DNA of 64,000 bases from an uncultured virus (IMG/VR IMGVR_UViG_3300032087_003293) (IMGVR_UViG_3300032087_003293); one strand, 5' to 3'; shown: positions 38,259 through 48,726, numbered from the stretch's first letter. Notes: generated by a model from the sequence alone, not told the origin. A program made the numbers and translations.

Positions 38259-39252
38259 AACTAAACTCCTTCTTTGCGATCTCGTCCAATTGTTCCATCA
38301 CTTCAGGAGTGAAATAAGTTTCTGGGTCTTTCAAAATTTGTTTGGCATAAACTTTTTTGCCATCCATCTCATAACGACCTGCTACATTCTTCCATAGTCC
38401 ACCAAGTTCACCTAATTCTAGCAGACCATAATAACGATCGAGACCACGCTCATCATAATAAAGACGAATCTCCACATCTTTATTTTCTTTACTTAAACGC
38501 GACTTAGCAGTCTTTGCCTTGATAATGTTTCCAACAATTTCTGTTCCATCCTTTTCTTTTTTCTTGCTGAGATAAATGATCGTAGAGGCAGCATACTTGA
38601 GTCCACTGCCACCACCCATTTCTTTTGTAGGAACATAAGAACCGATAACATCATAGGTATGATTAGTTACAATCATTGGAATGTTTGCCTGTCCCAACTT
38701 CAATGTAAGCATCCTAAAAGCACCCTTGACCAGTTGAGATTTGGTCATGTCACGAACTTGCTTGTCGTTTAATGCGTCAGTGATCTCCTTTTCAGTTGAG
38801 AGCATACCTAAGGAGTCTAATACAAACATGCAAGGTTTGCGTTCATCTACAGGTTTTTTTAAGTATATATCTACTGCCTTGAGTGCCTTGCTACGGAACT
38901 CTTCAATTGTTACAACATTGACAACAACTAATCTGTCAAGATCAATACCACGACTTTCTAGGAGTGACTTATTGACAGCTGCCTCAGTATCAAAATACAA
39001 GCAATATCCATCAGGATTAGAGTCCAGAAAATTCTTAACCACTGCGAGGCTAAAAAAAGTTTTTCCAGTACTAGACTCCCCAGCAATGGCAGTAATCTTA
39101 TTCCCAGATACACCACCAAATATACTACCTGAAACGAGTCCGTTAAAAATGTACGAACCTGTGTCCACGTAAGTTTCTGTTTCGTCGATGTCTGATGCGA
39201 GTTTGGTAAAGTCATCTCCAATCTCTTTTACAATATCTTTTAAAAAATCCAT
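38245..39252 (-). CDS. uvsX: RecA-like recombinase
   Basis: AGESSTGKT, YFDTE, LDSLGML, MGGGSG. Confidence 0.96.
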   Translation of the reverse strand: MDFLKDIVKEIGDDFTKLASDIDETETYVDTGSYIFNGLVSGSIFGGVSGNKITAIAGESSTGKTFFSLAVVKNFLDSNPDGYCLYFDTEAAVNKSLLESRGIDLDRLVVVNVVTIEEFRSKALKAVDIYLKKPVDERKPCMFVLDSLGMLSTEKEITDALNDKQVRDMTKSQLVKGAFRMLTLKLGQANIPMIVTNHTYDVIGSYVPTKEMGGGSGLKYAASTIIYLSKKKEKDGTEIVGNIIKAKTAKSRLSKENKDVEIRLYYDERGLDRYYGLLELGELGGLWKNVAGRYEMDGKKVYAKQILKDPETYFTPEVMEQLDEIAKKEFSYGES

Positions 39253-39254
39253 AA

Positions 39255-40007
39255 TTAAAATCCTTCTTTACGTTCATAATATGATCTGTCTGAGATTAGA
39301 TTAAAACTCAGAGTTCTCCTTTCAGCATTAGTCTTCATTGGATAAACTAAATGACTTAGCCAAGCAGGAAACAATAGTGTTTGGCACTCAAATTGTTCTG
39401 GTGAATATTCGTCGGATGCAAATGTATTATTCATTCCATGAATAAACTGAACCCTTCCACCATTTCTTCCAGCACCTCTATATTGCTTTCCCTCACTTTG
39501 AATATTTTTAGTATTCTCTTCACTCAATTCTTTTTCTGGATATTTTAGTACAATAATTCCAGCAAGATCTGAACCATGGTCATGCAAAGGTGTATAGTCA
39601 CCAGAGTAGTATCTATTTACCCATGCATCAGCATAGATCATTTTATCAGAATACTCAAAATCCTTTTGATCATCCCCAAACTCATTAATGATGGAGAGTT
39701 TTACTTCATTATAAGGATAATTTTGTGCATCAATTCTATCAAGATAGTAGTTACCTAACATCTCAACATATTCTTTGAGACCAATGTCTTCACAAAAGTC
39801 TTCGGTTAAATAAACAACCTCAAAATCACGAAGAAGTAAATTGGGAATATTTCCAGATGAGTAACAATACTTATCACTCATCTCAGGATTTTTTGCAGAT
39901 TCTTCTGTAAATTGATTAAGAGAATCCACAATGCTTTGCGGACAAGTAGATTCCAAAATAAATGGACCAAAGGGTCTATGCAATTTTATAGGTACTTTCA
40001 TTCCCAC
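39255..40007 (-). CDS. Putative 2OG-Fe(II) oxygenase
   Basis: WVNRYYSGDYTPLHDH...FPAWLSHLVYP...RRTLSFN. Confidence 0.82.
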   Translation of the reverse strand: MGMKVPIKLHRPFGPFILESTCPQSIVDSLNQFTEESAKNPEMSDKYCYSSGNIPNLLLRDFEVVYLTEDFCEDIGLKEYVEMLGNYYLDRIDAQNYPYNEVKLSIINEFGDDQKDFEYSDKMIYADAWVNRYYSGDYTPLHDHGSDLAGIIVLKYPEKELSEENTKNIQSEGKQYRGAGRNGGRVQFIHGMNNTFASDEYSPEQFECQTLLFPAWLSHLVYPMKTNAERRTLSFNLISDRSYYERKEGF

Positions 40008-40195
40008 CTTTTTGTTTTCAAATATTCTAGCACATCTGCCCGCACATCCATCAGTTCATGATAGCATTTTTGATTGTGGGCACATTGTCTCAATGCAGGA
40101 TCAGGTTTAAGAACAGACTCAATAAAGAGATCTAGTCCCCTGTTCCATTTTTCCTGTTTAGATTCTCCATCGTCAATCGCGTATTGATCCTTCAT
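39998..40195 (-). CDS. Hypothetical protein
   Basis: 65 aa, LRQCAHNQKCYHELM. Confidence 0.7.
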   Translation of the reverse strand: MKDQYAIDDGESKQEKWNRGLDLFIESVLKPDPALRQCAHNQKCYHELMDVRADVLEYLKTKRWE

Positions 40196-42687
40196 ACAAA
40201 GAAAAGTTCAAGGTTTACAGTTTTTTCACATGACCATCCAATAGCATCGAGAACAGTTTTTAGTGGTTCTAGGAATGCCTTTTCAAATTGTAGGTCATAG
40301 TCTATGTATTTGTCAATTCCAAACTCATAAGGAAAATCTTGAATAAACGAGATCACATTCTCATGAATTGGGTTTGGTTTTTTCAAATACAAGAACTTAA
40401 TTTTCTCACCATTATTGATTAGTGAATACTTATTCTCTAGTTTGTTCTTCTTGACATAATGATTGAAAAGAAGAGCACCACGACAATGAATGGGAGTTCC
40501 TTTTGAATAAATGTCTGAATGGGACTTATACTTTTCAACGTCAGATACTGACCTTGGAAAAGCAATATTTTCTGGAGGCAATGATTTAAATTCAATGCGA
40601 GACTTGTCAATGAACTCGATTACATCATCCTCTGTTCCACTCATCATCAACTTAAGTCCATCCTTAATCATCTTGCGACAAGGGGCAGGTGTTGAAGACT
40701 TAACTGCTTCAATACCCATGATCTTAAGTTTAGGTTCATCATAACGAACACCTTCACTATCCCATACGTTAAGAATGTATCGTTTCTTAGCAGTCCAAAT
40801 ACCACGATCGGCAATGTTCTCCCGTTTCATTTGCATTTTTTGGTCATATGCCGATACGTAATCCGCAAGTTCCTGATAACTGGATTCGATGAACGGTTCC
40901 AATTTGTCTTGACAGATCTTATCAAGTATATTAACAATTGCTGTTTTATCGTCAGACTTATTGCTAAAAAATTTATCAACAAGAGGTCCAAGATTAAGAT
41001 AAATTGAGTCAGTGTCAGATGCGATAACATAATCGACTTCCTCGGTTTTTAAAAGGTTATTTAGATAACCATTCATTTTACCTTCAATCCATCGGATGGA
41101 CACTTGTCCAGATAGTGTAATTGCCTCTGCGTTTGCGAGCTTGTAATATCGGAAATACTGATTGCCGATAGCACCATAAGCAGAGTTAAGAGAGATCTTC
41201 TTAGCCATTTGAATGTTGTTGCACCTGGCAATCTCTTTTTCCAGTGCTTTAGTTGGGGTCTTTTCATATTCCTGTTTTGCCGCAAGCATCTTCTTTTTAA
41301 AGATTACCCGATCTCCATACATCTTCTCCATCAACTCGGGAAGAAAACCACGAACATCCTTACGATACATTGCCCCATTGGCACACACAGCATAATTACT
41401 ATGAAGATCAAAAGTGATCTCCTTATTTAGGATTTTATTAACAGTCGCAGTGGGATGTCTCTCATCTTGTAGTGTCTCGGGGGAGATGTTGTACTGCATA
41501 ATGAGATGGGGATAAAGACTATTAAGGTCAAAACTAACCACCCAATCATACTTTCCAGGAATCGGTTCCTTGACGTATGCTCCTGCGTACTTTTCTGATT
41601 TACTTCCATCTTTCTTAGGAGGAATAACAATATTCCTACGTTTTAGATAATTGTAAATGATAGCATCCCACATCCTTACTTGGTAGAACACGTCACTATA
41701 GTTAACCTTTGCTTCGTATGCCATAGTGATAGCAAGTTCAATGAGTTTCATCTTGCTTTCCAATCGGTCCACAAGTTCTACGTCAATGATGTTATATTCT
41801 ACAAACTTCTGCCAATTACCAGTATAGAAATCTTTGAAGGTATCAAACTCAGAGTGATCTAATTTTTGTTGCCCCAGTTCTACATTGGCAATATGATCTA
41901 GACGATATGATTCTTGCGCCTTATAAGTAAACTTCTTATATAGATCAAGATAGTCTAACTGAGAGATTCCACCAACATCATATGAGATTTGATCCCGTCC
42001 CATAATCTTCATCTCCCTACGAGTCACAAGACCCCATGGAGAAAAACGTTTCATCTGCTTTTCACCCAGAACACGTTCTAGTCGTCCACAGATATACGGA
42101 ATATCATATAGTTGGACATTCCATCCAGTTACAACTTCGGGGGGATTATCTGCCCACCAATCTAGGAAAGTTTGCAAAACTCCACGTTCTGTGCTGCAAT
42201 GAAAATATTTGACATTCTTCTGCTTGACTTCAAAGGGTTTTACACCCCAAGTCATAATCTCCTTAGTCGCATAATTCTGAATAGTGATACACAAAACTTC
42301 TTCAGAACAAGACAAGGTATCTGGAAAACCTTCTTCCGCAGACACCTCAATATCAAGCGTAACTAAATTGATCTTATTAATATCAAACTTCAGTTCTTCC
42401 TGAGGATACTTCTCAGAAATATACTGGCAAATATATCGGTCATTACCATAAATGGCAAAACCCTGAACGTCTTCATACTTTGAGTAGAAATCTCTACAAT
42501 CACGAACACCACCAGGTTTGATGGGTTCAACATATTCTCCTTCTAGGGTTTTATATTTCGTCTTACCTTTAGAAGGTACAAAGAGAGTTGGTGAGAACTC
42601 TTCTTTGTACATCACAGATTTACCATCCTCATAACCACGGAACAGAAATTTGTTCCCGATCATTTGGACATTGGTGTAAAAATTCAT
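40192..42687 (-). CDS. gp43: Family B DNA polymerase (T4 gp43)
   Basis: DIE exonuclease motif, DLNSLYP, KISLNSAYG, SDTDS; uninterrupted. Confidence 0.98.
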   Translation of the reverse strand: MNFYTNVQMIGNKFLFRGYEDGKSVMYKEEFSPTLFVPSKGKTKYKTLEGEYVEPIKPGGVRDCRDFYSKYEDVQGFAIYGNDRYICQYISEKYPQEELKFDINKINLVTLDIEVSAEEGFPDTLSCSEEVLCITIQNYATKEIMTWGVKPFEVKQKNVKYFHCSTERGVLQTFLDWWADNPPEVVTGWNVQLYDIPYICGRLERVLGEKQMKRFSPWGLVTRREMKIMGRDQISYDVGGISQLDYLDLYKKFTYKAQESYRLDHIANVELGQQKLDHSEFDTFKDFYTGNWQKFVEYNIIDVELVDRLESKMKLIELAITMAYEAKVNYSDVFYQVRMWDAIIYNYLKRRNIVIPPKKDGSKSEKYAGAYVKEPIPGKYDWVVSFDLNSLYPHLIMQYNISPETLQDERHPTATVNKILNKEITFDLHSNYAVCANGAMYRKDVRGFLPELMEKMYGDRVIFKKKMLAAKQEYEKTPTKALEKEIARCNNIQMAKKISLNSAYGAIGNQYFRYYKLANAEAITLSGQVSIRWIEGKMNGYLNNLLKTEEVDYVIASDTDSIYLNLGPLVDKFFSNKSDDKTAIVNILDKICQDKLEPFIESSYQELADYVSAYDQKMQMKRENIADRGIWTAKKRYILNVWDSEGVRYDEPKLKIMGIEAVKSSTPAPCRKMIKDGLKLMMSGTEDDVIEFIDKSRIEFKSLPPENIAFPRSVSDVEKYKSHSDIYSKGTPIHCRGALLFNHYVKKNKLENKYSLINNGEKIKFLYLKKPNPIHENVISFIQDFPYEFGIDKYIDYDLQFEKAFLEPLKTVLDAIGWSCEKTVNLELFFV

Positions 42688-42944
42688 TTCAATAGATCTT
42701 GATATTTGTTCAAAAGTGCAGAGTTAGGTTCTACAAGTGTCAATATTTTATCAGATGAAATCATGAATTGATTCTCATCTGTAATATCAATCAACCATGG
42801 TGTTAAAGTCTTATCTGCATTGATAAGAAATGGTTCAGTCAGTTTACAATCGGGTTCACCAATGTCAGCACCAACTTCTTCAATCTGACTAATCAGTAGA
42901 GTCTGGTCCACTAAAACCATAATCCGTATCACTGACTTCTCCAT
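42684..42944 (-). CDS. Small beta-rich hypothetical protein
   Basis: IGEPDCKL..PF...LTPW. Confidence 0.7.
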   Translation of the reverse strand: MEKSVIRIMVLVDQTLLISQIEEVGADIGEPDCKLTEPFLINADKTLTPWLIDITDENQFMISSDKILTLVEPNSALLNKYQDLLK

Positions 42945-43263
42945 ATGCTGCGTCCTCTTGATCTAGAATTTGTTGTTTATATGCTTCTTGCAGTTTATCA
43001 ATTGGATCTACAAAAGTAATAATCCAATCCATTGCTACAGGAAATACTGGACCCTTTGCTAGGGGAATCCAAGGAATAAGTGAAATATCAAACGTTACCT
43101 GAGTATCTTCACCAACACCTTCGATATTTTTCATACGAACGATACAGGGTTTCTTGAAGAAATAACCAACTACTTTTTGGTCTTCTCCTTCACCACTGAT
43201 CATCTCTTTTACATCGGTGACAATCTCTTCACCAGATTTGAGCAATGCAAGTTTTACAGTCAT
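42889..43263 (-). CDS. Small beta-rich hypothetical protein
   Basis: LLKSGEEIV...LIPWIPL; TTGACA-17-TAAAAT upstream. Confidence 0.72.
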   Translation of the reverse strand: MTVKLALLKSGEEIVTDVKEMISGEGEDQKVVGYFFKKPCIVRMKNIEGVGEDTQVTFDISLIPWIPLAKGPVFPVAMDWIITFVDPIDKLQEAYKQQILDQEDAAYGEVSDTDYGFSGPDSTD

Positions 43264-43365
43264 TAGTTCTTAAAGTCCTCAACTCATTTTACCAATAAAA
43301 AAGAGAGGTGTCAACTGGTTTTGGCCAGTTACCTCTCCGTCTGCGACGACGATATTCAAATATAT

Positions 43366-43800
43366 TTATAGATAATCTTTCCTCTTATGTGCTTCTGGAA
43401 CGACTTTCCCAAGTTCAATACTCAGAAGCCCATCTTCAAAAGTAACTGATCTAACTTCCGTGTCCTCACTGAGTGTCCAGGAACGTGTAAACGACCGTTG
43501 AGCCACACCCTTGTGGACATAGTTAGTTTCCGTCTCTTTGTCTTCTTTTTGACCTTCAACAAAGAGTTTACCATCTTGCGTGTAGACATAGACCTCCTTT
43601 TTCTTAAATCCTGCAAGAGCAATCTCTAACCGAGATGTAACATTATTTACCGAAACAAGATTATAAGGTGGATAATTTGATGTAGTTTCATGAAGGGTGA
43701 AGATCCTATCAAAATAATCTTCCATCCCAATACTATTCTTATTAATACGATCCAACAATTGATTCATGTTGGCGGCATTAAACCTCATTAGATCTGACAT
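43366..43800 (-). CDS. hsp20: Small heat shock protein
   Basis: YPPYN, LEIALAGF, HKGVAQRSF, FEDGLLSI. Confidence 0.95.
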   Translation of the reverse strand: MSDLMRFNAANMNQLLDRINKNSIGMEDYFDRIFTLHETTSNYPPYNLVSVNNVTSRLEIALAGFKKKEVYVYTQDGKLFVEGQKEDKETETNYVHKGVAQRSFTRSWTLSEDTEVRSVTFEDGLLSIELGKVVPEAHKRKDYL

Positions 43801-43807
43801 TTTTACT

Positions 43808-43856
43808 TCTCCTTATTAAGCGAGATTTGATTGTGTGGACCCTTTCGGCATCCACT
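43808..43856 (-). promoter_or_regulatory. ROSE-like RNA thermometer candidate
   Basis: Upstream hairpin plus TCTC(G)CTT-AAT-AAGGAGA stem pairing the Shine-Dalgarno. Confidence 0.6.
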
Positions 43857-43903
43857 ACTATTTAACCATAAAAGAGAAAAATGTAAAAGTGGAGAACCGT
43901 ATT

Positions 43904-44479
43904 TTATTGTACGGAATTCAGTACCTTGAAATCAAGAATATCTTCATAGTCATTTCCGATAGAAAAATTAAATGAAATAATAGTTTTTCTATCAGTAAAA
44001 TTAGTTGTCCCTCTATGTGCGACATGAGCAGGAAAGAAAATTATATCTCCTTCCTCAACAGGTATTTGATGTTTACTATGATCATAAGGAAAAACTAATT
44101 CTGTCTTAGAACTTCCTTTCGGAAATTCAAGATAATAAACTCCAGTATACTGTTCACCATGAGTATGCCAATTATGCATATCGCATTTCACATACTGCTG
44201 AAACCACATCTCTTTTAGTTCAATAGACAAATATGGTGTGATAGAAAGAAAATCATCTATCGCACCAAAGAAATATTCGTCAAATAATGTGACCCATTTA
44301 CGATCTTTATCTGTTGCCCATTCCCAATCAAGTTTTGAAATACTATCAATTGATCCTGGACTTCTTTCTATTGTTGTATAATTTGTATTTTCAATTTCGG
44401 AGAGAAGTTCATCTCTGATCTTTTCATGATCTTTTACTCTCCCCTGGAAAATGAAATCCTTGAGGAGAATTTTCTTCAT
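43904..44479 (-). CDS. Putative 2OG-Fe(II) oxygenase
   Basis: WFQQY...WHTH...GVYYL...FFPAHVAHRG...RKTIISFN. Confidence 0.8.
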   Translation of the reverse strand: MKKILLKDFIFQGRVKDHEKIRDELLSEIENTNYTTIERSPGSIDSISKLDWEWATDKDRKWVTLFDEYFFGAIDDFLSITPYLSIELKEMWFQQYVKCDMHNWHTHGEQYTGVYYLEFPKGSSKTELVFPYDHSKHQIPVEEGDIIFFPAHVAHRGTTNFTDRKTIISFNFSIGNDYEDILDFKVLNSVQ

Positions 44480-44910
44480 GCTTCTTCTCTTTTCTTCTTA
44501 GAACCAATATTATACTTCTGCTCTAAAGTCCACTCATTCTTTTCTTTATAAGCAATAACCTTAATTTGATTGAGTGGTGCGATGTCCATAATCTTTTCTT
44601 CTTCTAGAAGTTCGACTAGACCCCAATCAACTAGAAGTTTAATGATTCTATTTCTACGTTGTACATCATTCACAGTGATGTTTGCATACTTACCATCAAG
44701 TGCAAACAGTTCCTTAAAGTGAACAATATAATACTTCCCTTGCTTATGCAAGATATGGCAAGATTGGTAGAGTTTCTTCTCTTTCCTAGAAGCAACACCA
44801 ATACGAGTCAGAGTCTCACGAACCTTCAGGAAGTCATCTGGTTCACGAAGATTGATCTCTACCATCATAGAAGGAGACCAAGTAACCTGAGGTTCAGCAA
44901 TTTTTGTCAT
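44476..44910 (-). CDS. regA: Translational repressor RegA
   Basis: DDFLKVRETLTRIG, LYQSCHILHKQG, HFKELFALDG. Confidence 0.97.
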   Translation of the reverse strand: MTKIAEPQVTWSPSMMVEINLREPDDFLKVRETLTRIGVASRKEKKLYQSCHILHKQGKYYIVHFKELFALDGKYANITVNDVQRRNRIIKLLVDWGLVELLEEEKIMDIAPLNQIKVIAYKEKNEWTLEQKYNIGSKKKREEA

Positions 44911-45287
44911 TGTTTTCCACCTTTGTCAATCTTAGATTTGATAAAATTAATTTGTTCTTTGGAAAGAATTCTTAAAGCCTCTTTTGATTTCTCATTGGAG
45001 TAACCATAATATTGTTTAATGGCATCCAGATCATCAATCTTCTCTTTACGAATCCAAGGAGAAAATCTTTTCTTTTTCCTGAGACTATTTAGCAAAAATG
45101 AATATTGCATATCTTTATCTAGGAAATGATACTTATTCATTTCATTAGCAAACATAATTGCGTCTAAATGTCCAGATAGACACTTGTTTACGATAAAGGG
45201 TGGATATGACTTAATTGCATCAGTATCCTCTTCAATTAGATTCTCTTTATTGAAGTTAATCGAGTTCAACCAATCTTTCAATTCCAT
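44907..45287 (-). CDS. gp62: Clamp loader small subunit (T4 gp62)
   Basis: YPPFIVNKCLS...KKKRFSPW...YYGYS; position next to regA. Confidence 0.92.
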   Translation of the reverse strand: MELKDWLNSINFNKENLIEEDTDAIKSYPPFIVNKCLSGHLDAIMFANEMNKYHFLDKDMQYSFLLNSLRKKKRFSPWIRKEKIDDLDAIKQYYGYSNEKSKEALRILSKEQINFIKSKIDKGGKQ

Positions 45288-46156
45288 AGTTCTGCCTCTA
45301 ATGGTGTAGGTGGAGTAAGAGAGTAATTAGTAACTAAAAGTTCGGTCTTCACATTATCCTGAGTATTCTTATCACCACGATGAACCATGGAATATCGTAG
45401 TTTCCAATACTCAAGATGGTAATCCTTATACAACTCAAGAAGACGATCATTCACATTATAAGTGATCATGAAGTTATGAGGACACTTGTATACATTCTCA
45501 GCAAATACCTCATGGTCAAATGATTTATGCATCTCACGATTCTTTCCATACAGAAAGTCTTTGATGTCATAAGGAGGATCAAGGAATACAAAAGTATTCT
45601 CAGGACCATCAGCATTCATTACTTCAGAGTAATCAACGTTAGTGATCTTCCAGTTCTTAATCAGTTGCGAAAACTGAGCAAGTTTATCTGCACCAACCAG
45701 AGAGAAGTTGGAGTTGGCAGCAGTGCGAGAGAATGTGCTGTTCTCTGTCAAACCAGAATAGCTGCATTTATTCATAATGAAAAAAGCAACTGCCTTCTGA
45801 AAATTGTCATACGAATCAATCTCAGAGGCATACTGGTTGAACAAGTCTTTTGCAAACTTGTCCTTCTCTTCTTGTGTGCCACTCTCAAGCATCTTCTCTT
45901 TCTGCTCTCTGACACTCTCAGAGAGGTCCTGTCCACGATCACGTAGTTGTACCCAAAAATTGTATAGAGGCACATACAGGTCATTTACCCATACGGGAAT
46001 GTCTGGATTTGCTTTCGTAACATCAATAGCAATAGACCCACCACCAATGAATGGTTCACGATAATCAGTGATGACTTTCGGATACCATTGGGAGAGAGTC
46101 TTGATTGCTTTGGACTTGCCTCCAGGATAACGGAGAGGAGTCTTCAATGCTTTCAT
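45278..46156 (-). CDS. dam: DNA adenine methyltransferase (Dam/D12 class)
   Basis: LRYPGGKS, EPFIGGGS, VND, FLDPPY. Confidence 0.9.
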   Translation of the reverse strand: MKALKTPLRYPGGKSKAIKTLSQWYPKVITDYREPFIGGGSIAIDVTKANPDIPVWVNDLYVPLYNFWVQLRDRGQDLSESVREQKEKMLESGTQEEKDKFAKDLFNQYASEIDSYDNFQKAVAFFIMNKCSYSGLTENSTFSRTAANSNFSLVGADKLAQFSQLIKNWKITNVDYSEVMNADGPENTFVFLDPPYDIKDFLYGKNREMHKSFDHEVFAENVYKCPHNFMITYNVNDRLLELYKDYHLEYWKLRYSMVHRGDKNTQDNVKTELLVTNYSLTPPTPLEAELWN

Positions 46157-46171
46157 AATAAAATAAAAAAA

Positions 46172-46456
46172 TCAGAGGATGAGTTTCTTAGAAGGAGGAG
46201 TTTCAATAGGAGAATACATCTTCTCATATTGTTCTACAATTTCCTCAGCAGGTTCTTCAATATAGATGACCCACTTACGATCAACAGTAACAGGAGTTCC
46301 TTTTTTAATCAAGGGTGCCCAAGGAATAAATCCTACAGTTCCATTGTTGTTAGGAATGGGACTAATTGCATTCGTAGCAAGAATGACATTTTCTTCTTCT
46401 GTTAGTTCGCAAATAAATTCTTCACCAGAAGATAGTTTAACAAGTTTTACGTTCAT
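46172..46456 (-). CDS. Small beta-rich hypothetical protein
   Basis: VKLSSGEEFI...FIPWAPL...SKKLIL. Confidence 0.72.
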   Translation of the reverse strand: MNVKLVKLSSGEEFICELTEEENVILATNAISPIPNNNGTVGFIPWAPLIKKGTPVTVDRKWVIYIEEPAEEIVEQYEKMYSPIETPPSKKLIL

Positions 46457-46662
46457 TTTAAATATAGATTAGGTTGTTCAGATTTATGGAGTAGTACTCC
46501 GTCAACTTTTGATAGAAGTTCACGCATATCACTATGCAGAATACGATACCCAGTTCCAACATATAATTGTCCCAAGACAACTGCAATAGTTGCAATTCCC
46601 CAGAAGACATAATAGAAACGGGACTTAACTTGTGCCTTTAGTTTTGTCTTTTCTTTTTTCAT
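46453..46662 (-). CDS. Small membrane protein
   Basis: FYYVFWGIATIAVVLGQLYVG segment. Confidence 0.65.
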   Translation of the reverse strand: MKKEKTKLKAQVKSRFYYVFWGIATIAVVLGQLYVGTGYRILHSDMRELLSKVDGVLLHKSEQPNLYLK

Positions 46663-47609
46663 TTGAATTTACACTCCACCATAATTTCAGTTAGTGCGGC
46701 TAGAACATTGATTTCCTGATCAGCAACGAAAGCAATCTGGTATTGATACTTCGCAATGATCAGAACTGCTGCAGCAAGAGAAGGTCCATCAACAGAATCT
46801 ACAAGACCATCATAAACCCTACGAAGGATTAGATTTGGATCGTTATCCAGATTAGATGAAACCCATTTGCGAACATAACCAAAATCTTTATCTTTCAAAT
46901 TCTTGATTAGTTCTTCAACACTTACATCAGAAAACTGAGCAAGGATGGCACTATCAATCTTACCACTGACTGAATATCGTTGCAGTTCGTTTAGAACACG
47001 TCTCCAGTCAGGGAAGTGCTTATTAATAAGTTCTACCAGGACCTTGTTATCATATTCAACACCTTCTGCACCCAAGATTTCTTGGATTCGTTTAAAGAAG
47101 GATGCCGCAAGTTTTGGTTTGTCTTTCCCTTTAATTCCGAATTCGACCACCGCACATCGGGAGTGGAGAGGTTCGATAATTTTGTTTTTGAAATTACAGG
47201 TGAAGATGAACCGACAGTTGTTATAAAATGTCTCAATATTTGCCCGTAGGAGGAGCTGTACATCGTGGGTTGTGTTGTCAGCCTCGTCAATAATGATGAC
47301 TTTGTGCTTTGCGTCAGACGCAGAAAGTGAGACGGTCGAAGCAAAATTCTTTGCTTGGTTCCGTACTGTGTCCAGAAATCGTCCTTCATCAGATCCATTA
47401 ATAACGTAATAATCAACTCCAAGTTGCTCACATAATGCTTTTGCAACGGTTGTTTTGCCACAACCTGCAGGTCCAGCAAGAAGCAGATTAGGAATCTCTT
47501 TTTTATTTAGAAACTCCACAAACATCTGCTTGGTTTCTTGGGGAAGAATGCAATCCTCAATAGATTTAGGACGATATTTTTCTACCCAAAGAAAATCAGT
47601 TTTGTTCAT
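46659..47609 (-). CDS. gp44: Clamp loader large subunit (T4 gp44)
   Basis: WVEKYRP, GPAGCGKT, IIDEAD, HSRC, FPDWRR. Confidence 0.97.
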   Translation of the reverse strand: MNKTDFLWVEKYRPKSIEDCILPQETKQMFVEFLNKKEIPNLLLAGPAGCGKTTVAKALCEQLGVDYYVINGSDEGRFLDTVRNQAKNFASTVSLSASDAKHKVIIIDEADNTTHDVQLLLRANIETFYNNCRFIFTCNFKNKIIEPLHSRCAVVEFGIKGKDKPKLAASFFKRIQEILGAEGVEYDNKVLVELINKHFPDWRRVLNELQRYSVSGKIDSAILAQFSDVSVEELIKNLKDKDFGYVRKWVSSNLDNDPNLILRRVYDGLVDSVDGPSLAAAVLIIAKYQYQIAFVADQEINVLAALTEIMVECKFK

Positions 47610-48208
47610 AATTTAATCCAAGTGCGGTCTTCAAAAGTGGTGGGGTGATCTGTGTGTAGTGGAAAACTCACAGACATCCTGGGGGTAAGAGTGGTTACTT
47701 CATGAGGAAACGATGCTGGTATGAAAACTGCATCTCCTGGTATCATAGCACAATCTACGACCAGTTTGCCATCAGGATCCCAAACTTTAAAATTGGTTTT
47801 TCCTTCACACTGAACAATCAAGTTATCCACCTTGTCAGCATGAACCCCAAAAGGATGCACAGCATTTACATTTCTACAAACATAAACGTGAGCATCCACA
47901 GATTTATTAAATTTTTTTTCTAAAGTCTCTGCAACTTTATTGATATTAAAAGAACACCTACTCATATCATGAAAAATACAAACATATTTTTCAATATATT
48001 CTCTCAAAAGATGTGGTGGATAGCAATCAGTATCAATAGTCCAAGGAGAATTATCCCATTCTATTTCATCAATTCTATTTCTATTTTCATCAAGAACTGC
48101 AACTCTTTCAATATTCATCAATGGACGAATATTAATCAGATACTCAAGTTCTTTCCAAGATAATAAATTTGGAAAAAACTTTTTTACTAAAGCAGGTTTC
48201 ATACCCAT
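47606..48208 (-). CDS. JmjC/cupin-like oxygenase
   Basis: DAHVY...FGVHADKVDNLIVQCEGKTNF...PGDAVFIPASFPHEV. Confidence 0.8.
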   Translation of the reverse strand: MGMKPALVKKFFPNLLSWKELEYLINIRPLMNIERVAVLDENRNRIDEIEWDNSPWTIDTDCYPPHLLREYIEKYVCIFHDMSRCSFNINKVAETLEKKFNKSVDAHVYVCRNVNAVHPFGVHADKVDNLIVQCEGKTNFKVWDPDGKLVVDCAMIPGDAVFIPASFPHEVTTLTPRMSVSFPLHTDHPTTFEDRTWIKL

Positions 48209-48726
48209 TCAGGTTTACGATCTGGTATACGGAGATAATTATTCTTTACCCAAGGTTTTGATGCGATATACATTTTATATGCATCAAATGTAGAGACAGA
48301 ATCATCATATTTGTATTCATCTGGCATTGCCCTAGCAAATGGTTTAGGACCTTTACCACTACGTCCTGTAGGATCTCCTGTAGGCAAAATTTCATTTGCT
48401 ACCATCAAAGTATGAAAGCAGGTATGAACCTTCCCATATCGCATCTTATATTCGTCACACAATGCAATTCCATGCTTGAGTAACCACTGCCAATTCATCA
48501 CAAAATCGTTTGCCCATATGGTGCATGGATGATTACGAAAAGCACCCTTCTCAGTGGCATAGGGAGTTCCGTCTGCCTTGGGAAGAGTGCCGAATCCATG
48601 ACCCCATTTGTCAGAACACACAATAGCAAGCATCTGACAGGTCTCTAAGGGCATCTTGACGATGTGCTTGTCAGGTAAAACTTGTGCGGACTTCCAGGGA
48701 TCGGGGTCAGTGACAAAAATGTTCAT
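48199..48726 (-). CDS. Pyrimidine-dimer DNA glycosylase-like protein
   Basis: MNIFV...DKHIVKMPLETCQML...NHPCTIW...RYGKVH. Confidence 0.7.
   Translation of the reverse strand: MNIFVTDPDPWKSAQVLPDKHIVKMPLETCQMLAIVCSDKWGHGFGTLPKADGTPYATEKGAFRNHPCTIWANDFVMNWQWLLKHGIALCDEYKMRYGKVHTCFHTLMVANEILPTGDPTGRSGKGPKPFARAMPDEYKYDDSVSTFDAYKMYIASKPWVKNNYLRIPDRKPEWV

Noticed and set aside
23972..42687. Introns or inteins in nrdB, nrdA, gp41 or gp43
   Set aside because: All are continuous, of normal length, and lack splicing motifs
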